DNA of 61,103 nt, the filler included, from Sphacelaria rigidula (Eukaryota): assembly GCA_964200075.2 (NCBI GenBank). It is 4 parts of 4 records of this genome, joined end to end, with 100 filler letters (N's around TTAATTAATTAA, not from the genome) between each part and the next. Parts side by side here need not be neighbours in the genome. Positions count along the whole stretch, not along the records: positions 1 to 15,204 come from CAXNAA020001864.1; positions 15,305 to 30,506 come from CAXNAA020001865.1; 2 more parts are not named here. One strand, written 5' to 3'. Shown here one piece after another: positions 12,302 through 24,829 of the stretch. Position 1 is the first letter of the stretch, and each line of letters begins with the position of its first letter. Under the pieces are notes generated by a model, which did not search any database, was not told the DNA's origin, and worked only from the letters and a program-made list of their open reading frames with translations. A program made the position numbers and the translations under genes.

Positions 12302-13856
12302 ATGGAAGAGAAGAGGGTAGATTTTCACGAAGATGGTGATGGTAGGGAGGTGGACGAATTTTTTGGTGATGGACATGGCGATAATGAGCACGACGGCGAC
12401 GGAGGTGACACCTTGGCTGCCAGGTGTGACGGTTTCGACGAAGCACTTGCAGCTGACCCACACGCGTCGCCCTCTCTGTCTATTGCGTTGCGTCCACGGC
12501 AGACGGGTTATGCTTCAAAGATCGTGGCCACTCTGCCTTGGTCTAGATATAACCCCCGCTGCCCAGTGAGTCTTGTATGTTTATAGCTGTACTTCAGCAC
12601 TTACGGTTGCATAGTCAAATGTGCTCATGAGCCAGCCTCTCCCGGCTCTTGTATGGAGATCAGGTTGAGTAACGCTTTGTCGTGTGTCTCCCCCTTGACG
12701 TCAGTAGACCCTGAGACACAGTACTCGATTACACAAGGGCACCCTCAAACATACCATTATTGGACACCCTGCATGGTCTTGCGAAATCATGGGCGCATTG
12801 ACCTTCTCGTACAGGTTTCAGATTTCGGCATTATTATCATCCCATCATCCTACTATCGTCGGCCAAAGTTGAAGGCTGGCCAATCAACGCCAGTTCTAGC
12901 GGCCACTGTTTGTGTGCAAAGTATCGAAAGCGGATGACATCGCTTGTCATGTAGAAATATTGGAACGCCCTGGGATGTCTCGAAATAAGTTGTAAATAGC
13001 AGAGAGGGAAGTGGCTGCTGAAAAATTCCCCGGAAATTGGGGGCTTCACCTTTGAATCACAACCCGAGGTTGGCTCACGCTGCATGCTTGGTACAAGACG
13101 AAGTAGACGAGATCGTGAAGAAGAACGTGAATTCACCACCGAGCGAGTGGTTCATGCGTTATGTCGATTCGTGGATACGTATCATCAACAACGCAAAAGA
13201 CAGATAAGGTCAAACCTCAACCTTACAAACGCCGGTATGGATAACCCCCGGTTCTCGCCGACGCCTTGCGGCGCCCCCCCGGCACACACTCCCGCCGACC
13301 CTCCAGAGAACTGGCGGCTTTGACTGCGCGATTAACAACACTCGGGTACCAGGACGGTGTGGAAGACGGCGTCCAGGAAATGGTACAAGGGGGCTTCGAC
13401 AAGGGCTATAAGGATGGCGCGGCAGCAGGGTGGGAGACAGGCATGTTTTACGGTGCCGCGGCGGCGACAGCCGCAGCCCTCGCCCGTCACACTCCGAAAT
13501 TGTCCACTAGTACAACAGATGGCGCTTCGGTCACAATTGATCACGGACAAGACGGCGACGGAGATGAGGTGGACGCTGAACAGCACGAGTGTCGGGATAG
13601 TATTGTTGAGAGGGTGGAGGGGAGGGGCGGTGATCCACGGTTACCATCAACGAAATATGAGGGAGACGGTCGGGGAGAGGGGGAGCACCGGAGTAGCGTG
13701 AGCAGCGTTGGAGAGTTGTCGGGTTTGGTGGAAAAGCTGAGGCGTGCTAGTCTGTTGGGCCCGGACGCTCCGCAGTTGGATAGAGCACAAGTCTTGAGTG
13801 GATTGCGTTCGGCGGGTTGTCTAGGGGCCGCCGTCGCTGCGGCAGTGGATGAATGA
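12302..13856 (+). CDS. YAE1: Yae1 N-terminal-domain protein (YAE1-like, Fe-S maturation adaptor family); exons 12302-12423 and 13307-13856, 223 aa
   Basis: Phase-2 GT-AG intron (AG|GTGTGA ... CTCCAG|A) gives an acidic N-terminus followed by LAARELAALTARLTTLGYQDGVEDGVQEMVQGGFDKGYKDGAAAGWETG, the repeated GX3 pattern typical of Yae1/Lto1. TGA at 13854-13856. Confidence 0.75.
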
Positions 13857-14546
13857 CGAGTATATATACTCCCGTACACTGTCGCGAGAGTTTGTACAGA
13901 ATATCAAGTCGCTGGCTTGCACGCAAGTACGTAAAACTGCCCGCCTTGATTATTCGAACAGTTGGGTAGAAGATGTGCCGTTACATATCAGCTGGACAGC
14001 GACATGAGCAGCTGGAGGAAGAGCTCCCCGCGTTTTAGAGTGCTGTAAAAAAATTCTGTTGAGGGCCATCATAAATGGGGCTGTTTTATCAGACTCTCCA
14101 GACTTTTCAGAGAGGAAAAAAGAACCTCCTCCCCAGGGGGCAGCGCGGAGAAAAATTTCGGACACGTAGGCCCGCCCCCCCCTCCCCCCTCCCGGAGGGA
14201 ATATTTTTTTTTAATTGTCATGATTTTTGCGATTTTTTTTTCCAAGTTTGTCGCAAGGGGTTGATCAATAAACACTGTTTTGATATTTCATGTTAATTTT
14301 GTCACAAGAAATTGATCAATAAACGCTGACAAAAACCGAAAAGTCTAGTGGGCTTTGTGGGGTTCGTATATCTGCTTGTGCTTCTTGCCCGTTGTGTCCC
14401 GATGACCTCAGATGCTGGAGGGCATTTTTTCGACAACTGAAATTATCCTAAATTTTGGACATTTTCTGTTAGCTTTGTTCAATGAACATTGACAAATCCG
14501 AAAAATTTTGGTGGGCCTTGCGGGGTGTGTGTTTGCTTCTGTTCTT

Positions 14547-14815
14547 TTACATATAATATTTAATATATAGCATATACATTAATATACACTGATACAAAAT
14601 AGTATATACTGCCCCTTGATGAATATTCATATATATATAATTATATAATATATGAATATATTGTATAACATATAAAGTAGTACATATTAAGGAGTAGAAG
14701 CATATGCATGATATGGACCTATTATATAGACCCATATTATATGAAATATAATATGACATATAAAATATGAGGTATAATACATCATGTATAATATATGAAA
14801 TAAAATATACAAGGA
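14547..14815. repeat. AT-rich low-complexity (ATAT/TAAT) tract
   Basis: Degenerate (TA)n-like sequence, much more AT-rich than its flanks. Confidence 0.7.
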
Positions 14816-15204
14816 TCTTCACTGTCTACGGCAGCTGACCGCATCCGCCAACGCCTCGGCAAAAAACCAGGGGGGACACGGCTGGGTGTCCGCCCCCCCC
14901 CCCCCCCCTCAAAAACTCGAATTTTCGATCTTGGGGCCTACGTGTCCTGATTTTATTCTTTCGCTGCCCCCTGTCCTCCTCGAAAAATATGAGCAGATTT
15001 TTCAACGAAGTCAAGGAATAGAATAGTTCAAGACTGACGACATATTACTCGGCAATTTAACGTTGGATTTTTTTGTGCACTTTTTTGAGAAATCCGAAAC
15101 TTACCGGAAATGGGTGAAGAGTAGGAAAAGTATAGCCCTTTATTAGGCCGCTTCTTATAATAGACAAAAATAAAAACCTGGAAAAGTGTCTTTTTGGAGC
15201 TTTT

Positions 15205-15304
15205 NNNNNNNNNNNNNNNNNNNNNNNNNNNNNNNNNNNNNNNNNNNNTTAATTAATTAANNNNNNNNNNNNNNNNNNNNNNNNNNNNNNNNNNNNNNNN
15301 NNNN
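15205..15304. other. Artificial contig-join linker
   Basis: Ns flanking TTAATTAATTAA (stop codons in all six frames). Confidence 0.95.
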
Positions 15305-16869
15305 GATCCACAACAAGCTTGTTCGAACAACTGTTGCTGCTTTCAACGACGATCTGACTCGAGATTTCGAGCAAAAAATGGCCCAAAATACTCCCCCCCC
15401 TCTCGTAGAATGACTCCATGCATAAGTTCATACGATCTCATGAAATCTGAACTACAGAGCAATGAACCCGTGTGGCGCCGCTGGCAAAAACGAATGCGCC
15501 ATTATCGTACTTCAAATCGAAATAATCGCCACCATTCCAATACTCGAGGCGCTCAAATCGCGAGCGCCGACAGAACGACAACCATAGCTCTGGCACTCGC
15601 CAACGATATAATACCTCCCGTGCCAATCATGGTTCCGCTGATAGGCATCAACGAACGGGACGGACACGTAGCTTGAACCCCAACACCAGAAACCCTGGTA
15701 CCTTCACTTCGGATCGCTTAGACCCATGATGTGACAACGTCGGCGTCCTAAAGTCTTCGGTGCCGCCGACAGCACACACGAAGACTTTTTCAACACTGCC
15801 CGCGAAAAAAGCTACAAAACATTCTCGCTCAGTCTCCCTGGCATTATGCAGGAGCACTAATGACGGCCGCTCAGATCGACCCCCGTCTTCACCTCCTCGC
15901 ATACGGCGAAACAATTGCGTGAACTCACGACTTAGCTCTACGCTCGGCTCTGAACTTAGTCCTTCAGAACTGAGAGTAAATCTGAGGTGTGGGAATACCA
16001 GCCGCACGTCCCTGAGACAAAGGCTTCCCTCAGCGACCGCACGCGTAGGCAGTAGTGTAGCTCACCCGACTGGTTCAAGTGCCGCTGGTCTCACTTTGAT
16101 CACTTCGGGCCAAGTAACACTCACCCAGCTCGAAAGAGTTCGTACTTGGCGTACATTACACCACGCGAAACTACCCCTGATAGGTTTGAAGAAAATCCGT
16201 CCCAATTTACAATCGGCTATGACTCCTCAGCCAAGCTTGCCAACGGAAAGTCGACAAGCTTCGCCCGAGCATGCCCCGATGCTGACCCCATCCACCCAAC
16301 TGGACGAAGTTTTAGGGCCCCAATAAGTTTTGGAAGTTCCCCGATCATCGTCACGGCGAAAGAGGAAGCCCCGTACAGGTGCCCCTAAGAAAGCGCCGGC
16401 ATCATCACGCATACCTCTTTCCACCGGAAAACTTCGACCTCAATCTCTCCAAAATGCGAAGACTTTGTGCTCGACGGCTTTACCAAGCATCTCGGAAGAA
16501 GCAAATTCAAATATTTATGATGCCCCTGCTTCTTCAATCGACGGCCCCAACAACGCACAATCTGGATCCACCTTGGATGTTGATCCCTGTGAACCCAAGA
16601 GGGTCATTTATGGAATCGCTAATGATCAGTCTACCCGTGCCTCACTTGGGAATAATATACCGTCCACCACCTTTTCTGGTGAAAAATGTTACCCACCAGC
16701 GGATCACCCACCGTCCGTTTTTGCCGTCAGCCCCGCCGATCCTAACCAATTTCCCTTGCCGAAACACGGTCTAGATCTTGTAGGCGGTAAAGTGTCTGTA
16801 AAACCGACCACTTTCACTGCACGCGTCGCGATTCACTCTGGTCCGAACGCTACCACGCTTACGAAATGC

Positions 16870-19800
16870 GTATCCCTGTTGGACAGCGGCAGCCCGCAAA
16901 CGTTCATTCGACAATCAACACGGGAACACATGAAAAAGACTGGCGCTGCTACCGCAGCTTGTGAACCACCACCCAACCTCGAGTATGGGGTGGCTTCGGT
17001 GATTCTACCGCACCTCTGACGACACGAAAATCGGTACGTCTCAATGTGCAATTTACTCGTTCTGCCAGCCTGGCCGTCTGGGCATACATCGTCCCTGACA
17101 GCACCATGCATCACGCCATATTATTGGGCAGAGATAGCTACATGCGGTTTAATAAACGAACATACCGCACGCTCCCACCAGTATTGCCACAATCCACGTC
17201 TCGTCAAGAATTTAACCTTGGACACTTTGGTACACTCCACGGTGCTCTGGCCTACCAAAAGAATACTCAAGCAACCGAAGCTGCTTACCACCTACGATAC
17301 AATGGTAGTGTTGGTATTACACTCTACGACGATCCTCAACTTTTAGAAGTTGTACTAGTTCGCCGAAATGGCATGCCTGCCCTTACGGGGCATTATCTTG
17401 CCGAAATATTACCCCGTATTGGTGCACCAGCCGACACTGAACATTTTGCCGAAGAGACTCCTTAGTCGACGCCAGTTGAATAGAGTTAAGCCGGGTGTAT
17501 GGTAGACACGCCTCACTGGCAAGGCAGGAGGACCAAACAAGAGACCTCGCCAACAGCTAAGGGATGAAGAACAATTCTGCAGCGTACGACGCTGACGTTC
17601 TGTATCCGAGGTATCAAATCACTTTCACGCGTAGGTATGATAGTATCTCTTCTCGGCTGCTTAATTCCTTGATCTCCTAAGTACTCTCAGTGTACGATCT
17701 CTCTCACTCAATCAATCAGTCTCACCGAAGATGTAAAGGTCTCCCTGTCGGGATGGAGCGTTGTGATCGCCAAGGGGGACCCATCGACTATCATCCCTTG
17801 CTATAGACGAGTTCATACTCGTATCTGACCAACTCTGAACAGATCTGCCGCCTTGAAATAACCTGAAACGCCATGCGATCTAGCTAGACCCGTCAACGGG
17901 TCTGAGGCGTCATGACAACAGGCAAATATGCTCGTCATGACATGATGCACATCCCACTCGAGACGTACCTAGCAGAGCCTGCCGAGCCCGACGCACCATC
18001 TCCGACGGAGTCAATCCATTGTGTCGATGAACCTTTTGTCGACTTCGCCTCTACAACTCCACCGCAGGTCCACATCGTGGATCCTGCCGAGTCAAATCTC
18101 GATCCTCCTGCTGAAGTGCTTCAGAGCTTATCACCAGATTCTCGGAATAGTTTCTTGCAAATGTGGAACCAACTGCCGCCACACGTGCGTGATATCCATT
18201 TTGACTTTCATCGGCCCGGCAGGGAACCAGCAGTCATCCAAGAACTCAAGGATGTCCTGCCACAGTACCAAGACCGCTTTTCCCAATCCAAGACGAATCT
18301 TGGGCACTGCAAAACGCTGCCCCTTGAGGTTACACTCCGACCCGGGGTCTCGCCAATATCGTCTCGACCATACCGGACAAACCCAATCCTTACCAAAGAA
18401 GTGAATGTCATCTTAGATACATATTTTGGAGCGGGATTCATACAGTATTCCTCCTCTCCTTCGGTCTCGCCACTCGTGGTCGTCCCCAAGAAGGATGGAA
18501 ACATACGCATATCCGTAAATTACCAAAGGTTGAACCGCATCACTGTGATTGGTAAACTTCCAGTCCCCCGCATTGATGGAGTCTTCGACTCCTTAGGCGA
18601 AGGAAACATATTCAGCACCTTCGACCTCGCTTCTGGATTTTTCCAGAATGCTATCAACCCTGACACAGTCCCACTTACGGCCTTCTGTACTTCGTCCGGG
18701 CTCCGCGAGTGGCTTCGAATGCCACAATGCGCTGACACTACCCCGGGATGCTTTCAACGCTTTATGCAACGCGTCACCGAGGATCTCGAGCACATCATCA
18801 TGTGCCTAGATGACGCCATCGCTTGCGATGCCTCACCTATTGAACACATCCGCACTCTACGAAAAATATATCTCGTCTACGTAAACACGACTTGAAACTG
18901 GCTCCATCCAAAGCTCGCCTTGGCGCGACTGACTTGGATTTCCTGGGAGATTCCATTTCGCCAGTAGGCCTACGTCCGGATACAAAGTCGAAGCGATGAC
19001 TGACTTGCCGATGCCAAGTAGCGTTTCTCAACTTCGCTCATTGTTGGGCGGACTATCTTACTACCGTAATTTTTCGCCGAATTTATCCAAACGGATTCGC
19101 CTCCTTACTGAGTCTCTCAAGAAAGGAGCCGTGTTGACTTTCCCCACCGATATGGAGAACATCACCCGCGAATTGCTGAAAACGCTTACCGAAAAGCCGG
19201 TACTATGTTTCCCTTATTGGGAGACAGTACAAGATGTCTCTCGCTTTTTCCAGCTACATACACACTGACGCCAGCACAGACAGATTTGGAGGAGTTTTGA
19301 ATCAATCACAGGTTGACGGCTCCATTCGACCCATCCTATACGTCAGCCGCGCCACCCTGCCCAACGAGGCCCACTGGAGCCCGCTAGAATTGAAAGGCGC
19401 AGTAATCATCCGGGTCATTAAGCCGACAATATCTGTTTCACGTTCCGTTTGAGATTCTACACGGATCATGGGGCACTCGATCAACTCGCTAAGGTTGGCG
19501 AACACAACCCGCGCGTAGAACGATGGTTGGAGTTTCCAACAGCGTACCAGTAGACTATGAAGCACCGTCCAGGGAAAACCAACGGAAACGCTGACCTTCT
19601 TTCCCCACTACCCCTGCCGCCTACGGCCGCAAATTTCAGCCCGGCTTGCCGTTTAGCGGAACCCGATGAACCTGGGATTTACCCTATAAGGCGTTTTTCA
19701 ACGCCCGTTTATGCCCTTGACCTACAGTGCCCAAAGACTGGTATGCTCACGGGCGGTCCTTGCCCTCTACCATATGACGCCGTCTTGGGTGGGTTAAAGC

Positions 19801-22420
19801 CCACTACCTCCGATTTAATCGATTTCCGCACTTTTGGTACTCGCGCGAAGCTTTTCACGGAGACACCTTCGGTCATCCACTTAATCTCCGACAACACACG
19901 CTTCTGGTCTGCCGCCCGCACCCCGCCCCCGAGTGCCCCGCCGCCACCGAAAACATCTACAAACCCCACGAACCACGCAATATGGGTCCAACGCGTCAGT
20001 ACGCAACGCTCCGCGAAAACTACTACAACGTGCACCACGCGCCGCGGACAATCTTCGCCGCGCACTGCTACAACCCCGCCGCCCATAACGGCGCCACCTA
20101 CATCTACTGCTCCTAAGCATGGAGCCGAGGACTCAGCTCCTGCTCCCGGGGTGGATATTGGCGTCGGCATTTCTGCCCCGTCGCCTATTTCTTCGCTGCC
20201 TACCCCACCATGTTTGGTCGGCTCTTCAGCGGAAGGTCGACAACGCGAGTTTCTCACGAGCTACTCTCACCGCGATTGGGTCCACGAACAAAACGTAGAA
20301 CATTTATGGCACGCAGCCATCCGATACTTGTAGCTTGACTGTCCAGTCCCTTTTCCATCCGCTCTTGTGGCCCCGGTTGGCACACTGCCACTCCCAGATA
20401 TCTCAAACGTATACGAACTCGTGCGCAAAGGCACCCTTATTACTACGGATGAAGACGTACAACTACTCGTGCGTCGCCCCACGCCTTTGACAGGCGCAAT
20501 TTCCGTCTCAACCACCGGACGCCACACGCGACTACTCGATGACGAATCAACGCGCATATATGCCCCATTATTAATGCGTCCCTGGGGCATCGAAGGCTGT
20601 CACACAGACGTTTCATGTCACCTTGGCGTCACCCGCACCCTAGCGCTCTTGGAACCCTTCTACTGGTGGGTTGGCATGGGAATTTCCATCCGTTCTGGAT
20701 TCGACGATGCTTCAAATGCCAAGCTCGAAAAAATTCACGGCAGACAGTACGCTGGCCCGTCATCTCTATGGGACTCCCCAACGCTCCGGGCCACCTTGTG
20801 GTTTTTACTGCTTTGGCGCTCTATCGACCACGGGTCGCGGCAACAACCGCATCTTACTCTTCACTGACCGCTTCAGCCGCCACGCGTCCATGTACGCGGT
20901 AGCCGCTGCAGACTTCACTGCCATCGGAACGGCCGATACATTGATCCACGACTACATTATGCACTACGGTTGCCCGAAACGACTCTTTTCGGACAATGGT
21001 CAGCAATTTCGCTTAGATCTCTCTGATGAAATTTACAAGCTCCTGGGCATCCGCGAAATTGCCACGAGCGCCTACCACCCTAACAGTGACGGTGGTACCG
21101 AAAGAGTTCATCACACCATGGCTCAGGTGCTCTCTATGGCCAATGACCGCCAAAATGACTGGGACCTACACCTCTCGCACTTCATGTTATCCTACAACAA
21201 CTCGATTAACGCCGCCACAGGCCTTTCCCCGAACAAACTCCATCTTGGACGTTACCCTCGGCTGTCTATCACCGTGTTTGAGCGACACACGTTCGATGGC
21301 CACCAAGGATTGGATCAGGATCAAATATCCTATCACGAGCTAGCACATTCACGACAACGCAAAGCGTTTACCCTCGTGCGCGAACAACATACTATCAACG
21401 CCTCGCGCCTTGAGAGGTCTAACACTGCTCTCTACAACCTCATGCACAAACGCCCCAACTGGAAAGGTGGTGATTGGGTTTGGATCCACAATATTTGTCG
21501 ACGATTCTCCAAGGCATCAGCAAGGCAGTCAACGAAACAACTTTGAAGATAAAGCTGTCCCTCAATTGGATAGGACCATTCAAGATCCTGACAGTCGGAC
21601 CATCGCCACCATCACCGGATGATAAACCCGTTGGTGAGAAACTGCTCCATCTTAACCTGAGTCGTGACCTTCAGGGCAAGAACACCAAACCCCGCGTCTC
21701 CGTGTACAGCTGCAAACCCTGCAGAAACCCGCATGATACAAGTGACATGCCCAAGTACTTGCCTGCCGGAGTCACACAGGATGTTCTCAGCAGCTACTCG
21801 ACCAAGTCCCCGCCCTACCACGTTACAACCGACGACGTGACGGAACAGGCCCTCCGATTGACCGTGTCCACCATCTCCGGCCACCAGATCACTCGTGGTC
21901 GAGGTGGCAAAATTGCTGTCCTGTAAAAGACACACTGGCAAGGTCTTCGGAGAGCATCTTGGGACCGCGAACCCGACCTACAATTGCACCGCCGTGTAAT
22001 CCTCCTGTACTGGATGACATTCCAACATCAGCATCTTGCTCACAACAAGGGTACCGCAACATGCGTCGTGGTGCAGCAGCCGGTGAACTTCGCCGCGATC
22101 ACGAGCTACGCTTCGTCGCCGATGACTACGAACTTGTACCCACCAAGACTTGTAAGGCGAAGTTCTTCGCAAACCAGCGAATACTACCCAATGGCAGCTA
22201 CCTTTGGTTCAAAGGAGCGACAACCTCTGGTGGTTGGGTCAGGCCCACTCCGCAAACCTGGTTTCTGTCAATACGTACATCGTGCGCTTCATCGATGACC
22301 CTGGACCCATCCAGCTCAAGCCTCGGCCAGCACGATACACCACCAGCCCATCTGCCCCACGCGGATCCTGGTGCCTTCAGCGCAACATCGATCACACCCA
22401 CGACGTTCACGCACCGCTTT
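16870..22420 (+). pseudogene. Frameshifted Gypsy pol (protease, RT, RNase H, integrase, chromodomain-like)
   Basis: ORF fragments 16330-17019, 17046-17465, 17912-18895, 18996-19268, 20367-20867, 20671-21546 and 21474-21926 carry consecutive pol motifs in shifting frames. Confidence 0.9.
17457..17942 (-). mobile_element. Nested, inverted 5' LTR (17942-17477) plus PBS (17474-~17457) of a sister element, otherwise deleted
   Basis: Minus strand reads TGTCATGACGAG...CTCTATTCA (TG..CA), then ac, then TGGCGTCGACTAAGGAGT. Homologous over its full length to LTR 23012-23488. Interrupts pol between HFAEE and LMHIPLE. Confidence 0.85.
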
Positions 22421-23011
22421 GAACCACGCCCCTTCACTGCATTATTTCATCCCTTCTTCAGTATTTTGCCCTCCCTTCTTCGCTAGGACCCGACTCTACG
22501 CCATACGCAACAGGACTATTTACATCGGACTACGATCGGACACTACTAGAAGCGACTAATCATTTACGACTACTAGACTACTAGGAGCCACCAACCACCT
22601 ATGACCACTGGAGGTCTAGTTTTCTCCTTTTGGCTGGCGCTCGATCTCGTTGGATCACCTATTTCAGATTTTCATTTCCTTTCTTCCGACCAACATGCGT
22701 TGGTCGCCAATGATCTTGCCGGATTTTTCTCCTTGGATCCCCCAGGTACGAGCTCTGCTCTGTTGTACCTCCCTGGTTTTCCCCTTTGTTTTGCTAGGAC
22801 GCCCCCGCGTTTCAGAGCAGTTTTTTCTGCTCCTCGAAGTAGTATATGCTTCCCTTACTTTGAGGTTTGAGAGTGTGGGAACGGGAGCGTTTTCCTCAGG
22901 TATGGCCCCACTAGCCGCTCATGACTTTACGAGTAAAGAAAAACGTTAGTTTTCGCTGCTTTCGAGGATAGATCCACGTAGCTGTAACAAAGGTTCGTCT
23001 GGGTGAGTTAG

Positions 23012-23488
23012 TATCATGAGGAGAATATTAGCGTGTTGTCATGACGCCTCAGACCCATTGACGGGTCTAGCTAGATTGCATAGCATCTAAGGTTATCTTA
23101 AGACTGTAGGTCTGTTCAGCGTTGGTCAGATACGAGTATGAACTCGTATATAGTGAGGTATGATAGTCGATGGGACCGCCTTTGGTGATCACAGCGCTTT
23201 ATCCCGACAAGGAGGCTCTCATCTCTTCGGTGAGACTGATTGATTGAGCGAGAGAGATTGAGCACTGAGAATACTTAGGGATCAGGGACTTAAGCAATCA
23301 AGAAAAGATACTATCATACCTACGCGTGAAACTGACTTCGATACCTCGGATACAGAACACTGTCAGCGTCGTCTGGTACGCTACATAACTGTTCTTCACC
23401 CGTCAGTTGGTGTGTCAGGCCTCTTGTTTGGTCCTCCTGCCCTGCCAGTAAGTCGTGCTTACCATACACCCGGCCTAACCCCATTACA
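23012..23488 (+). repeat. 3' LTR of the Gypsy element (~477 bp)
   Basis: Preceded by purine-rich gggtgagttag (PPT-like). Starts TATCATGA (TG mutated to TA) and ends ...CCATTACA. Collinear with the reverse complement of 17477-17942. Confidence 0.85.
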
Positions 23489-24829
23489 GTAGGTCAGATG
23501 GGTGTGCGGTGTGAGCGTACCGAGAACAAGGGAGCGTATGTTGTGCCATGTGTGGCCGCAGGTCCGTAGCGTTGGTTCCGCCATCGCGTTTGCCCTAGAT
23601 GTCTCTGTGGAGGATCGTCACCGGACAGCTCCTGGCATGTATGAGTGATGCTACGGTAGGGGTAAGCAAATATTTGCTAAGGTTAGAATTGTTAGGAGCC
23701 CTTTATCTCATCCAAAACACGACTTAAATGAAAATATGTGAGAGTACGCCAAGATTACAATTCCAATGTGCTGGGGATATCCCGAATGAATCTGCAAATG
23801 GGGATGCCCCGACCCATATTCTTGTGCGTCTAGGATCGTTAGAAGCCCCTGAACCAGACAAAGTTTCGCGAAAAAAGTGCACCCCTACCCTAGCATTGCT
23901 CGTATGTAACAGTATATACAGTGTTTTTGCATCACACGATAATATATGATAATCCCGACCTCTGCGAGTCATTGTCCATGTTGTAGGGGGGTAGGCAGAC
24001 GCGCCAAGGGCGGTTCTGCTTGTATAGTGTTCTGCTAGCCTGCCCTTTGTGCCCCACGCCCCAATGCTGACTGATGACAGGACGCAGAGGCCTGTAGTAT
24101 AGCATACAAAAAGGGATAAAGTAGCCTCTTCTTCTCTCTCTTGGTTTGGCGCCGTCACTAGTCCCAGTCGACTTTGAAATGACACCATCCCTCTCTCTTC
24201 CCTTCGTGGTACATTCCACTGAAAAAACGACGTTTTCAATAAAAGTCTTGGTCAATCCAGTGCTACCTGCCTAAAATTGATCGGGGGTCATATGCGAAGT
24301 TTCGATTTCAAGCCCATTCCGTCTTTTGCAATCCGTTCTTGATCGAACATACTGTTCACTGCATCGCTTCCATCTTCTCAAGAGCTGACGAGCTGATGGG
24401 CTGGCTTGGTTCCAAGGCATCAGGAGACTTACTTCAGTGAAAATGCTGGTCCCAAAAATGATTCCCACAGTAGATTCTCCGGAAAAATGTTCTTCATCGT
24501 TTTATTCTAGGACAATGGTCCAGAAAAGGCGTACCTTCTGCTTCTTGCCTAAGAAAGGTACGAAAAATGGCCAGAAACGCGAAAATAGCCAAACACGCCA
24601 TTTTGACCGTTTTCGCTCCGGAGGTTTTCACGCACATCATTTGGGGGGGGGGCATTGGCACCCGGGACTCGAAATAAAATGGATACATAGCATATTACTC
24701 GATAGATATGGCCACGCGAAAACGGACATGTCGCCTCCTGAAACCGCTTACCTTTTGTAGGCCACATTTCGCCGAGGTATACCTGATCTAGGAATTATTT
24801 TTCAATCGGCCGAGAACGTACCTCTGCTA

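Larger units (their letters stand above)
15305..23488 (+). mobile_element. Degenerate Ty3/Gypsy LTR retrotransposon; 5' LTR lies beyond the contig end
   Basis: Domain order PR-RT-RH-IN. Protease LLDSGSPQTF (~16880). RT SPLVVVPKKDG..FSTFDLASGFFQ..TAFCT..MP..CLDD (17943-18990). RNase H DAS..GGVL..RPILYVSR (19230-19560). Integrase HHCC (GCH..CHLG..CFKC) and core FTDRFSR/SDNG/ERVHH (20590-21450). GPF motif WIGPFKIL. Multiple stops and frameshifts; YxDD is mutated to CLDD. Confidence 0.93.

Noticed and set aside
15249-15260. TTAATTAATTAA palindrome repeated three times at ~15.3-kb spacing
   Set aside because: Assembly linker embedded in Ns, not biological.
17477-23488. DIRS-type element with inverted terminal repeats
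   Set aside because: It encodes a DDE integrase and a protease, not a tyrosine recombinase. Pol continues outside the left repeat, and that repeat carries its own PBS.
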